Shown: one piece after another, positions 38,769 through 51,827 of the stretch
Layout: every line of letters begins with the position of its first letter
Numbering within the stretch: position 1 is the first letter of the stretch
Assembly: GCF_001194135.2 (NCBI RefSeq)
Contig: NC_069005.1
Span: 31,041,257-31,104,700, forward strand
Direction of reading: 5' to 3'
DNA: 63,444 bases
DNA from: Octopus bimaculoides
Taxonomy: Eukaryota
The notes under the pieces: model-generated
What the model was told of the DNA's origin: nothing
What the model saw: only the letters and a program-made list of their open reading frames with translations
Database searches by the model: none
Made by a program: the position numbers and the translations under genes

Positions 38769-41700
38769 ATTGTCTCTCATGTTCGCATAAAAAAATCTAA
38801 ATTCTTAGATATCAGTCATTGACTAATATCATTCTTTCTCAATCACATATTTATTTTTGGTTAGTTTTTTTTTAATTGTTCCTTGCATCATAAGTGTAAA
38901 CATTAACTTACCTATTCATTTAAGGTGGCCATGTTGTGCAGCAGTATGTTGCAGTTGTACATTGCAACAGCGTACATTGCAATAGAGTTTCACTGCAGTT
39001 TTAATATCTTGCATAACTGACAGAAGCTCCTTATTCCCCCCCCCCCCATAATATTTTTTTTAAATTTGAGACCTAATGTCTATTTAAGAAATATTTATCT
39101 ATTTATTTAAAAGCTTTTCATTTTTTGCCAAAATATTTCTTTGAAAATTATCAATCTCATAATTTTCGAAATTAAAAAAGGCAAAACGAAAACAGAAAGA
39201 AAAAGTGCAAGTTTTCTCTTGAAATTTTTATCTGTTTCAGTTTATTTTTTTTTATTTTTGCCAGTGTTTAGAAATATGAATATTTTTCTTAAAAGTGATT
39301 TAAGCAATTTTTTTTCCTCTTCCTTCTCATACTCAGAATGTCTAAATCTTTTGCAAAGCAAAAGTAAAATTTGTTTTGCTGATAATTCTTTGTCTAAGAA
39401 TTTTGAAAAATATCAAATGCAAATAAGTATTATTAATGTGCTTGTGTATGTATGTATGTGTGTATATATGCATATATGCATATGTATGTATATGTGCATG
39501 TATATATATATATATGTATGTATATATATTTAAGTCACCACCTTGGTTTTGCGTTCTTTCATACACTGAGTTATCCCATTTTTTTTTCTTCTCATCATCA
39601 GATGTGTTGAAAGTTTCCAGATAAAATATTTTATTAATAACTTTGCTGACGTAAAAATAATAAATTATTATTATCATTATTGTTTTTTTTTGTTTTTTTT
39701 TTTTGGTTCTTTTCCTTCTTGCTCTTCTGGTATTTTAATAAAAATGACATTTTAGAAGTTCCTTTTTTGACCCTGTGTTAATTAAGACCATGTGTTCACC
39801 TTAAAACATACATTTTTTCGGTATTCGCTCAAGACATTATAATAATAATGATCAGCAGAAAAAAAAAAAAAACGAAAAAAACGGAAGGACAAAAAAAAAA
39901 AAAATCAAAAAATACCAAGGTAAAATATTATTTTAGTCTGAAGAAGGACTCTGAGTGAAACACAGGAACTTGGTTCTTCTGGCGGCATCTTTCATCTTTT
40001 ACTTGTTTCAGTCATTAGACTGCAGCCATGCTGGAGCACCATCTTGAACAATTTGTTTTAGTGAAATGAATCGACCTCCAGTACTTTTGCTTTGTTAAGC
40101 CTGATACTTCTTCTGTTGGTCTCAGAGAGGAACTTCCTAGGTGTACTCCGATGGTCATTCATGACAGAAAGGGGAAAAGGAGGGGAGCAAAATTTATGAA
40201 TCAACTGTAAGACTACAGAATTTAGGCCACAACCAAGATATTACTAAAGGGCCGAGTTAGTACTCTTTTCCTTTTACATGTTTCAGGCCATGTTGGGGCA
40301 CTGTCATTAGGGAATGTTTAACTAGTAGCTCTGTATGTTACTATAACCTTTGTGAGCTGTTGCATGTACGACAGCAGCATGTGTTGGATAGTATTGTTGG
40401 TGAATCGCTAGCAACCCAGTTCCAAAGCTAAAATCTGTTAGACTGTTTTCAACACACTGTTTCTGCATCTCTTTCTCTCTTTCTTCCCTCCCCCCCCCTC
40501 TCTCTCTCTTTTCTAAACTCTATGGAAACTGGAGACAAGTACCTGTTGTATCAGAGCTAAAGTTAATCCCCTTTCATAAGAGGATTAGCTGTGTAGCTTG
40601 GTTTGTAATTAGGTCTGCAAGGTAGAGTGAGAAGAGATGATATCAGATAGGTTTTTAAAGAACCTGTCGTCCATTCCTTCATTCATTCACTCATTCTTTC
40701 AATAATAATAATAATAATGATAATGATGATGGTTTCAAATTTTGCCACAAGGGCAGCCATTTGCGGGGGTAGGGGACTAGTTCATTACATTGACTCCAGT
40801 GTTTCACTGGTACTTGATTTATCGACCCTGAAAGGATGAAAGGCAAAGTCAANNNNNNNNNNAAGGCGGTGCTCCAGCATGGCCGCAGTCAAAATGACTG
40901 AAACAAGTGAAAGAGTAAGAGTTAACTGGAGCAACATGAAATGAGGTGTTTTGCTCAAGAATAAAACACTTTGCCTGGTCCAGGAATCGAAACCACAATC
41001 TTATGATCATGAGTTCAACCCCCTAACCACCAAGCCATGTGCCTCCACTTAACCATGCAGCCCTGTGCGATAATTTGTGTTAGTAGCAAATATGGATTTA
41101 ACACAATCGATCGACATTTGAATCAGGGTAATGATGACATTGTCGAGATATGTGTTTGTTGTTTTTTGTTCTCAGCGTTCAAGTTCAGCTTTGTAAGCTG
41201 TTGTGATGGGAAAAAAATACAACAACCACAACAACAACAGCGACGACAACCTTCACTTCAAAGAAAGAGAAGAAATAGATTGAAAAAAAAAAAAGAAAGC
41301 AAAAGAAAAGGAAGAAAGAAGTGGTTCTGCTTTTCCAATTCATGTTACCTTGAGGAATGGAAATAGAAAAGAAAGACAGGTGCATGTTTATGGTGAGGCT
41401 GACTCATATGTACAATGACGTAACATACAGGCAGGCCGACGGACAGACCGACACATGTTGATATGCATACACACGCTCACACGTTCAGACAGACATGCAT
41501 ACACACACACACACACACACGCACACACACACGCATATGGCAATGCGCTCACACATACATTCATTGGAACACTCACACACACCTTCCTTCACACAGACAG
41601 GCTTGCGCCCGTGTGTATATATATCTGTGTGTGTGTGTGTGTGTGTGTGTATAGTTTTATTTATATATATATATANNNNNNNNNNNNNNNNNNNNNNNNN

Positions 41701-43034
41701 NNNNNNNNNNNNNNNNNNNNNNNNNNNNNNNNNNNNNNNNNNNNNNNNNNNNNNNNNNNNNNNNNNNNNNNNNNNNNNNNNNNNNNNNNNNNNNNNNNNN
41801 NNNNNNNNNNNNNNNNNNNNNNNNNNNNNNNNNNNNNNNNNNNNNNNNNNNNNNNNNNNNNNNNNNNNNNNNNNNNNNNNNNNNNNNNNNNNNNNNNNNN
41901 NNNNNNNNNNNNNNNNNNNNNNNNNNNNNNNNNNNNNNNNNNNNNNNNNNNNNNNNNNNNNNNNNNNNNNNNNNNNNNNNNNNNNNNNNNNNNNNNNNNN
42001 NNNNNNNNNNNNNNNNNNNNNNNNNNNNNNNNNNNNNNNNNNNNNNNNNNNNNNNNNNNNNNNNNNNNNNNNNNNNNNNNNNNNNNNNNNNNNNNNNNNN
42101 NNNNNNNNNNNNNNNNNNNNNNNNNNNNNNNNNNNNNNNNNNNNNNNNNNNNNNNNNNNNNNNNNNNNNNNNNNNNNNNNNNNNNNNNNNNNNNNNNNNN
42201 NNNNNNNNNNNNNNNNNNNNNNNNNNNNNNNNNNNNNNNNNNNNNNNNNNNNNNNNNNNNNNNNNNNNNNNNNNNNNNNNNNNNNNNNNNNNNNNNNNNN
42301 NNNNNNNNNNNNNNNNNNNNNNNNNNNNNNNNNNNNNNNNNNNNNNNNNNNNNNNNNNNNNNNNNNNNNNNNNNNNNNNNNNNNNNACATACGCACGCAC
42401 ACTTATGCTTGCCCTGACACATTCTAACACAGTTAACATAGACATGCAGTAACACATTTGTGCAAACACACACACACACACACGCACACGCACACACACA
42501 CACGCATCAACATACTCAAACAAATATGCCTCTAGATACACACACACACACACACACACACGTCTACACTGATATGCTTATACAGACACATACGAACACA
42601 GCATACACATATAGCAACACATTTGCACACACACACACACACACACACACAACAACATACTCAGACACTTATACACCTAGACACACACACACACACATAC
42701 ACACACATACACACACATACACACAATATATCCAGCACCCCCACACCTTCCCTCTGTTCAGTTCAGTAATTGTTGTTGTTGTTGTTGTTGTTGTCGTTAT
42801 TGCTGTCAGATGTATCTCAATGGTTATCTAATGGACCCTATACAATTAATATAACAATCTGTACAAGCTTTAACCATGCAACAATAACGATATAACATAA
42901 TGTAATCTAATGTAATATAGTCCAATATAATATGGCGATAGAAAACAGTTAACGAAATGCATCTCCCTCAGAGGTCACACTCGGATTTCCAATTCATACA
43001 ATATCTATACATATATTGACCCGATCAGATAACT

Positions 43035-43150
43035 GCAGCTACTACTACTACTACTACTGCTACTACTACTATTACTGCTGCTGCTGCTACTATTACTACC
43101 ACCACCACTAGCTCTACTAACTACTACTACTACTACTCCCACCACCACTG

Positions 43151-43187
<37 letters not shown>

Positions 43188-43392
43188 CACTACTACTATT
43201 ACTCCCATCACCACTGCCACCACCACCACCACCACTACTACTACTACTACTCCCATCACCACTGCCACCACCACTACTACTACTACTACTACTAACTACT
43301 CCCACCACCGCCATCATCATAACCCTTTCTGCTGCTACTACTACTACTACTCCCACTATCACCACCACCACCACCACCACTACTACTAGTAC
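43035..43392. repeat. (CTA/CCA/CTG)n compound trinucleotide repeat
   Basis: Directly visible. It explains the poly-Val and Ser/Gly ORFs. Confidence 0.9.
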
Positions 43393-44810
43393 TACTTATG
43401 TTGTGTCTAGCGTTGTAAAATATGTGTAAAATTTTGGCAAGCCAAACCGTTTTACGTTTTTTAACTTCACACCGCCAACAACCTTCCCCCAAAAGAAACG
43501 AACAATGCTAAAAGGAAGGTTATTTCCTATTTCCCCTGAAAAAAATTNNNNNNNNNNNNNNNNNNNNNNNNNNNNNNNNNNNNNNNNNNNNNNNNNNNNN
43601 NNNNNNNNNNNNNNNNNNNNNNNNNNNNNNNNNNNNNNNNNNNNNNNNNNNNNNNNNNNNNNNNNNNNNNNNNNNNNNNNNNNNNNNNNNNNNNNNNNNN
43701 NNNNNNNNNNNNNNNNNNNNNNNNNNNNNNNNNNNNNNNNNNNNNNNNNNNNNNNNNNNNNNNNNNCATATTCATACAATTGCACCCCTGCCACACATAT
43801 GTTGATGTACATTAAAATTATTGTTGATATTCTCATTATGGTAGAAAAATGACAGAGCACTCAACTAAATCCTCTTCATCATCATCATCTCTACCTCTGC
43901 CCTCCCACCCTGACTCCTTCCCCATCTTCCTCCTCACCCACCTACATCTTCCCCTTTCTCTCCTTCTTGTCTTTTTTCTCCTTGCCTTCATCATCATCTT
44001 CTGTCTCCCAACCTCCTCTCCTTTTCCTCAAGTTTGTCATTATCATCGATATATAATCGACTTAGAAAGGAAAAGAAAGGAAAAGAAGCGAAGACCACAG
44101 CCATCAAGCCATCACTTGCGACTTTGCAGCTTGTCCCATGCCTTCATTAATTGTTTTGACGTGTACCTGTGTAGTCCTGAGAAGATTTAGACATTGTCTC
44201 GTCTCTCCCACCTTTGATTGAACAGAGCTTCTAGAGAGAGTGAGGGAGAGACTGATCAGCACTCGACTGGTACATGTTTTGAGCTGAGTAAACGGCTGCA
44301 ATGTAAAACAAAGTGTGATGCTCAGTGATAGAACATTCCACCCAGGTCCAAGAATTCAACCCACAACCTTAAGATTGTGAGCCTAACATCCTTAACCATC
44401 AGACCACACCCTCTCTGTTGACTATTATTGGTTTGCTGGATCTCTATTACTTCCTTCATCGCTGCAAGTGGAAGCAGGTAACTACAATTAACTCTAAAAG
44501 AAGAGAATGTTCTCGTAGAAGATTTCCGTATTTCAAATAGTTCTGTCAGTTCTTCAGTGGCTGTCGGAAGTCTCATTGTTAGACATTTGCTTTGATTCCG
44601 TTCGGTGAAATTTTGTAAAAGTTGTCAGGTTGAACGAATAATATTGGAAATGATTTTTACTGAACATTAAACTGGGAATGTAAGTCTGGAAGTAAATAGA
44701 TGCAAGAAAAGCAAAAAAGAGAGGGAGAAACTGGAGCGATCGAGTGTACTTTATTATTTTCAGAACATTGAAACTGTCCTTGTAAGTTACCAAATCTATA
44801 TGTGATTCCG

Positions 44811-45390
44811 GGAAGGAATTACTGCTGGTTGATTATTACTGTTTTATATTTCTTTGTTGCACGTTTTCTTGCGTCACTAATGTCTTCTGTCCTAAAACTT
44901 AGAGATGTCACTGTTAATCCTGTATTTTCTCTCAAACTAAATTATCTACTTAATTTCTTCTCTTCTTGGGTTAGTGTAGTTAAGTGTTAGGCGGAATCAC
45001 AAAAGATGAAACAGCAAAAGCGAAAGTGACTGCGCTGACAGTTTATGCAAATTCCTGCAAGTTTATAAAGATACAGGTGCTCTGTGTGTTTANNNNNNNN
45101 NNNNNNNNNNNNNNNNNNNNGGAAGGAATTACTGCTGGTTGATTATTACTGTTTTATATTTCTTTGTTGCACGTTTTCTTGCGTCACTAATGTCTTCTGT
45201 CCTAAAACTTAGAGATGTCACTGTTAATCCTGTATTTTCTCTCAAACTAAATTATCTACTTAATTTCTTCTCTTCTTGGGTTAGTGTAGTTAAGTGTTAG
45301 GCGGAATCACAAAAGATGAAACAGCAAAAGCGAAAGTGACTGCGCTGACAGTTTATGCAAATTCCTGGAAGTTTATGAAGACACGGGTGC
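44811..45390. repeat. About 270-bp direct duplication across a 28-N gap (probable assembly overlap)
   Basis: 44811-45057 is identical to 45121-45367, and the copies diverge only near the contig end. Confidence 0.85.
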
Positions 45391-45519
45391 AGGCATAGTT
45401 GTATAGTTAAGAAGTTTGATTTCCAACCACATGGTTTCAGGTTTCAGTCCTACTGCACAGCACTGTGGATGATTTTTTTCACAATTGCTCCCGAGCCGAG
45501 ACAGTTCATACAAACTCCT

Positions 45520-45718
45520 GTTGTCAGCACTCCGTCGCTTACGTTGAGGGTTCCAGTTGATCCGATCAACGGAACAGCCTGCTCGTGAAATTAACGTGCA
45601 AGTGGCTGAGCACTCCACAGACACGTGTACCCTTAACGTAGTTCTCGGAGAGATCCAGCATGACAAGGCTGACCCTTTGAATTACAGGCCCTAACCACTG
45701 GACCATTGCGCCTCCACT
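45520..45718 (-). mobile_element. Internally deleted family A SINE, 199 bp
   Basis: Both termini match 29964-30351. Perfect 12-bp TSD ATACAAACTCCT at 45508-45519 and 45719-45730. About 190 bp including the B box are missing. Confidence 0.9.
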
Positions 45719-45757
45719 ATACAAACTCCTAGAAGTTTATAAGCAAACAAGGGCAGG

Positions 45758-45790
45758 CATAATTCCTCATCTCTTAAACACAGAACTGTA
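45758..45790 (+). mobile_element. 3'-terminal fragment of the hammerhead-bearing element
   Basis: ataattcctcatctcttaaacacagaact matches ataattcctcagctcttgaatatagaact at about 52096-52124. Confidence 0.6.
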
Positions 45791-47869
45791 TTAGGCCAAC
45801 ATTCATCCGGAAAGGAACAACAGTCTATTGCAAGGCTAACCATTCAGAGCTGAAGGGACCAAAGCCACATAAAATGAAGTGCTTTTCTCAAGAGCACAAC
45901 ACACCACCAGTATGGGAATTGAAACCACAATCTTGCGATCATGTGTGCAACAGCCTAACCACCGGGCTACTACATGGCTTCACAATAATTACTATTATTT
46001 TATTTCAACTTTGGATTGAAGTTATGTTACAAAAGACAAAAGACTCCGATCACTCAGTCTGTCTCTGTACCAGCCATGCCAGTCCAACTGACTGCCTTCA
46101 CCCCACCCCCACCCCCAGTTTACATAATAATAATTATTTTTAATAATAGCAACAGTGACGATAATAGGTTGCACTAAATTTGGACTCAGTTTATTTTTTG
46201 TTCTCGTTATTAATCTTTGTTGCTGGACTTGTATCGATATTTCTGCTAGTCGTGTCGTTTCCTCCTTCTCGGTTCTATTTAATGATTTAGTATGCACCAA
46301 CTAAAATTAGCTGGTGTTGCCTTCTGTGAGAGCTATTTTCGGTTAAAGTTTTATAGTTTTATATATCTGCTCTGCTACTACTGTGGCTGCTCATTCAACA
46401 CTGTTTGTCACCATTGTTGTTTNNNNNNNNNNNNNNNNNNNNNNNNNNNNNNNNNNNNNNNNNNNNNNNNNNNNNNNNNNNNNNNNNNNNNNNNNNNNNN
46501 NNNNNNNNNNNNNNNNNNNNNNNNNNNNNNNNNNNNNNNNNNNNNNNNNNNNNNNNNNNNNNNNNNNNNNNNNNNNNNNNNNNNNNNNNNNNNNNNNNNN
46601 NNNNNNNNNNNNNNNNNNNNNNNNNNNNNNNNNNNNNNNNNNNNNNNNNNNNNNNNNNNNNNNNNNNNNNNNNNNNNNNNNNNNNNNNNNNNNNNNNNNN
46701 NNNNNNNNNNNNNNNNNNNNNNNNNNNNNNNNNNNNNNNNNNNNNNNNNNNNNNNNNNNNNNNNNNNNNNNNNNNNNNNNNNNNNNNNNNNNNNNNNNNN
46801 NNNNNNNNNNNNNNNNNNNNNNNNNNNNNNNNNNNNNNNNNNNNNNNNNNNNNNNNNNNNNNNNNNNNNNNNNNNNNNNNNNNNNNNNNNNNNNNNNNNN
46901 NNNNNNNNNNNNNNNNNNNNNNNNNNNNNNNNNNNNNNNNNNNNNNNNNNNNNNNNNNNNNNNNNNNNNNNNNNNNNNNNNNNNNNNNNNNNNNNNNNNN
47001 NNNNNNNNNNNNNNNNNNNNNNNNNNNNNNNNNNNNNNNNNNNNNNNNNNNNNNNNNNNNNNNNNNNNNNNNNNNNNNNNNNNNNNNNNNNNNNNNNNNN
47101 NNNNNNNNNNNNNNNNNNNNNNNNNNNNNNNNNNNNNNNNNNNNNNNNNNNNNNNNNNNNNNNNNNNNNNNNNNNNNNNNNNNNNNNNNNNNNNNNNNNN
47201 NNNNNNNNNNNNNNNNNNNNNNNNNNNGAAAGTAAAGTATTGTGTGCAGTTTTCATAAATCTACATATTCCCCCAGACATTTTCTAAGCATTCTTCATGA
47301 ATTTAGGGACAAAATAAGAATGTTTTTGACAGCAATTAAATTTTTCCAAATGCTGCTTGTTAACATAATGGTTTTACAGTAGAATACTGTAAATTTTCCT
47401 TCATTAACTCACAAAAGATTTTTCTAAAAATATTTTCAGCAATATCAATGTATAACACTTTGACACCATACTGACATTAATTAAAAAAATAAAACGGAAA
47501 AAAAAAAAAAAAAAAAAAGAAAAACGAACATAAACACTAAAAGCAACATATCTTAATCAGTTTCTGCTAATTAGTATGCTGCTACTGGGCTGTGTGATAC
47601 TAGCATTATTACTGCTGTCTTAGTGTCTCTTTGGTAAAGACACTTTAGCAATTGCTTGTTCTGTTTATATCATCATTGCTGTCGCTGTCATTGTTAAAAT
47701 CATCATCATCATCATCGTTGTCATAGTCATGTTCGTATCTGGTTTTTCTATTTTGGTATGGATTGGACAGGACATACGAAGACAGTGTTCTCTGGCTGGA
47801 CGCCTTCCCTGTCATCAACCTTTGATTTTTCAAAGAAGGTATTTCGTTCCATTGGTGTGGGTGTGGGTG

Positions 47870-48275
47870 TGTTTGTGTAGTTAAGAAGTCGGCTTCCCAA
47901 TCGCATAGTCTCTGGTTCAGCTCCACCATGTGGTACTTTGGGAAAGTGTCTTGTACGGTATCCATGAATCAGCCAATGCTTTTGTGAGTGAATTTGGTAG
48001 ATGGAACTGAAAGAAACACAGTGTGTGTGTGTATGAGAGTGTGTATGTTTGTGACTTTTTAATTTGACATCACATGAGAATTGTAAATGAATGTCACTGT
48101 CATACAAGCAGTGTCATTCATTGCCAGTTTTCTGTGCAAAACCTGTCCATCCACAGGGAAATATCTTATTTGGAAACAGTTGAAGGGTTGGTGACAGGAA
48201 GGGCCTCAGTAAACTCTATCCAACCCAAGCAAGCATGGAAAAGTGAACATGGAAACAGTGACAATCATGATGATG
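47870..48275 (+). mobile_element. Composite SINE: family B head, (TG)n, family F module and tail
   Basis: B head to gaactgaaagaa, then (TG)n, then ttgacatcac..gagaattgtaaatg...ggtgacaggaagggc...agcatggaaaag. Confidence 0.7.
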
Positions 48276-49164
48276 TATTTTATTCATACTATTGCATCCT
48301 GATTCTGCCAAAGAATTACGTTAATGGTGTACATGTCTGTGGAATACTCAACACTTACAGAATAATTCAGGACCAGATAATTCAGTTGCTTACACAAATG
48401 AATTCTTATCACCAAACAACAAAGAACTGTGTTTGTCTTGGCGTTCTTCCTTTTACCCCCCCCCCCTTATTTTGTTCTGCAGTATTCACTCCCAGCAGTC
48501 GGAGCATGTCTTAAGAAGTTTCTTTTCATTCAGTAAAAAAAAAGTGGAATTGTTTGGCCTTAGAGTTCCTTGGATCAAGACTATGATCCAGTTTTTTGTT
48601 GGCTTCCCAGGGGGAAAAAGATTGGGACACTGCTTGGAGAATTGCTCTAGGTGACCTGAGCAAATACTGACAAATGGTGGATGCAGTGATGTACTGCAGC
48701 ATGCCCCCCNNNNNNNNNNCCCCCCCCCCGTCCCTGACCTGTGATATTCAGAATTGTTCTTCTGTCAGTACAGTACCCATTATTGGCATAAATTTTCCTG
48801 TGTTTTGGTGTATCAGTTGAATTTTAACCCGACTTGAATTGACTCCTGTCAACACTTCATTCAAAACATCAGCTGACACGGTACTTTTAAATAACAATCA
48901 CATTTATTTTATCTATTTTTTGAAAGGCTTTCTCTTTCTTTTTAAACAACATCTTCAGGAAATGTGTATGTATATATGTGTGTGTATGAGAGAGAGAGAG
49001 AGAGTATATTATGCACTTATTTGTACGTGTATGCACTTGTAGTGTTGCTATTGTTACTGTGAGAATCAATACAGTGGATTTGTCAAGATCAGTAAATCAG
49101 ACACATGGTGGTATTTTATTAATTAGTTGGTGGTATTTTATTAATTAGTTGGTGCAAAGCAGCA

Positions 49165-49370
49165 AGCTGGCAGAAATCTTTAGCACGATGGGCAAAATGT
49201 AAACGGCATTTCTTCTGACTCCACGTTTTGGGTTCAAATTTCACCGAGGTCAGCCTTGCCTTTCATCCTTTCAGGGTTTAGTGAAATAAAGCACTACTCA
49301 AATACTAGGGTCAGTGTAATTAATTTATTCTCTCTCCTCAAAATTCCTGGCTTTGGGCCAAAACTAGAAA
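49165..49370 (+). mobile_element. SINE family D
   Basis: gctggcagaaatc...gggttcaaatttcaccgaggtc..gcctttcatcctttcaggg...ggctttgggccaaaactagaaa. Confidence 0.8.
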
Positions 49371-50640
49371 GCAGTATCATTATTAGAGTGAACATATATG
49401 TGTGTGTGTGCCTTTATTGTCCTCATTTTCCATCTGTCATCCATGTTAGAAGGGTCCAAGTCCTTTTTGAAGTTACTGCTCTCCTCAATGGTCCAGGGAC
49501 CATGTCTCACTTGCAGATTCCATTTTTGTCATGGTTTTTCTATGAATGGATATCCTTCCTAGCACTACCCACTTTACAGACTGTACTAGGTGCATTTCAT
49601 CGTAGAACCAACACCATAGAGACTCTCCTATTCCCGAAAGGGGCCACTCTATCCTATATTGTCTCCTTTCTTTCACCAAGTACATAACTGGGACCTACAC
49701 TCTAAATATTTATCACATTTGCTGCTGTCACATGTGGCATTTCTCATTATTGGTGTTCATGTGGTGCCAAAACAATGGTTCTTTGGTACAAATGCCTAAA
49801 GAATATAACAGTAACATTTGAAATAGTAGTTTTATTTCTTTTATTTCTTCTTTTGGCTTGTTTATTACTGTATTTTATTCACTTCTGTTTCATATTCTTT
49901 GAAATTAAAGACATCAATGCCGATAATGATCACTTATTGGACTCAGTTAATTATATGATTACAAATGATTAATTAATTTTAGGCCAGGAATTTTTTCCGT
50001 TTTTTAATTTTATGTATTTTAATACGAAATACTTTTTTGCAAAGTTATATTCAGAAAAAATAAATAAATAAATGAAATTCTATAATATTGTAAAAGAAAT
50101 TATTAATTTAAAATTTTTTAAATTGGGAAAATATATGAAGAGAGGAAAGATAAAAAAAGTATGGAAGAAATATTTTTTTTTTATCTGTTTAAAGTTTTTA
50201 TTTTAATTTTTGTATTGGCTCAATCAGTCGAGGATATAAATGGAATACATTAGTGAGTTCAAGTCCTGATTCGGATTAAGATCATCTTTTATCCCTCTAG
50301 AATCAATCAATAGTAATGATTGGGGTCAATTCTATTGATTGTCCCCTTTGTCCTTCATTAATGGCCATGTGTTGAGTCTAAAGAAAGCATCGTTATCTTC
50401 ATCATCACCTTCGTTAAAATTCTAATAGATATCTATCATCTCTGATTTTTAATGCAAACATATTATGTTGAATTTCTGAGGATTAATCGAGGGTTGAACC
50501 TGAGTAGATGTTTATATTTAACCTATTTTTGACCATGGACAAGAATGCAAAGCCTGTTTGGTTTGGTAATTTTTTTGAAATAAACACAGGTTCAGAGGGA
50601 TTCAATAACACATTTTTATTAGTGAATAACAAATATTTAA

Positions 50641-50823
50641 CTCTTTTGGTACCATGTTTCTACTGGAACATTGCTTTTGTTTCAATTTATCTTGAAAATA
50701 AGAAAGAATTTTGTGTATGGCGTTTGGAACCTAAATTAACATGAATGTTAGTGTAGACCAGTTTGAAACATGAAGTTTGTATCATACAACCAGGGGCAGT
50801 TTCAGGGCTTGGTATCAAAATGG
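50641..50823 (+). mobile_element. TTAA-type (piggyBac-like) MITE, 183 bp
   Basis: TTAA at 50637-50640 and 50824-50827. Termini ctcttttggtacc and ggtatcaaaatgg are degenerate CCCTTTTGATACC inverted repeats. Confidence 0.75.
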
Positions 50824-50867
50824 TTAAGAGGCAGCTTTTGATAGTTGTCAGGTACATTCTTCTTTAA

Positions 50868-51100
50868 CCCCCTTTGTTACCATATTTCTATTGATGGGAA
50901 ATTTTAATTTCTATCACTTCAAAACTGGAAGATTGGGACGTTGAACCAGTTGCAATCTCAGACAGGATATTATCAAAAGGGCTAACCCTTTTGTTACTCT
51001 ATTTCTGTTGAAATTTACTGCTTCTGTTTCTATTAATTTTATGGAAGAACTTAGTAAAATAGCCTTGTCATTATCAAACTGGTGTTTGGAACATAAATTT
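50868..51100 (+). mobile_element. Two further abutting TTAA-type MITE copies
   Basis: ttaa-ccccctttgttacc...tatcaaaaggg-ctaa-cccttttgttac: the two copies share the tetranucleotide at 50982-50985. The second is truncated. Confidence 0.65.
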
Positions 51101-51430
51101 ATAATCTAGATCAGTGATTCTCAACCATGACCCTGAGTCCATATCCTTGGGGGTTCATATCCCTCAACCAGGCACCACCTTGAAGGGATTTAGTTAATGA
51201 AATTGACCTAAATAGTTATTTTAAATTTGTTTTGTTAGTACCTTGTTGTCAAACTTCTAAGTTACAAGGACGTAAAGAAACCAACACCTGTTCTTAAGCA
51301 TCAAGAAACATATTTACACATGTGCACATACATTTACACACACACATACACAATACCTGTTATCATCTCCTTGTGTTGTTTAGACACGGAAACGTATTAT
51401 ATGCTTTTATTTGAACAAAATTTAAACTGG

Positions 51431-51539
51431 AATTTTTTTTTACTTATGTCATTTTGTTTTATTTTTCAGGTAAGCAACATTGATTTTTTTTTAATAATTT
51501 TTCCGTCTGTCTCTGAACATGAAAGACTAAAACGTAAGT
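51431..51539 (+). promoter_or_regulatory. Candidate recursive splice site (AG|GT at 51469/51470) with 64-nt cryptic exon and downstream donor
   Basis: T-rich tract, then TTTTTCAG|GTAAGC. Downstream AAC|GTAAGT at 51534. Confidence 0.5.
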
Positions 51540-51827
51540 GAAAACATAATGTCTCTACTCACTGTCTCTGTCCTGTGTGATTACTTTTAACCCTTTCATT
51601 ACCTATTTCTGCGCTACATCAGACTCCAGTCTGATTTGGCATGGTTTCTATGGTTAGATGCCCTTCCTAATGCCAACCACTTTACAGATTGAGCTGAGTG
51701 CTTTTTATGTGGCACCACATGAATGGTTTGATGTGGCACTGCACGGTTGCTTTTACATGGCACCACATGTGCTTTTGCGTTGCACCACCATGATGATGAT
51801 AATAGTCCTTTCTACTAATGGCACAAG

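Noticed and set aside
39938-39965. CTGAAGA-A-GGACT-ctg-AGT-GAAA hammerhead-like string
   Set aside because: The stem II closing pairs are missing and there is no NUH triplet or stem I. Possibly a relic, but not supportable.
44811-45390. Apparent tandem duplication of about 270 bp
   Set aside because: The copies are identical except near a contig end and straddle a tiny gap, so an unmerged overlap or allelic contigs is more likely. Long reads would decide.
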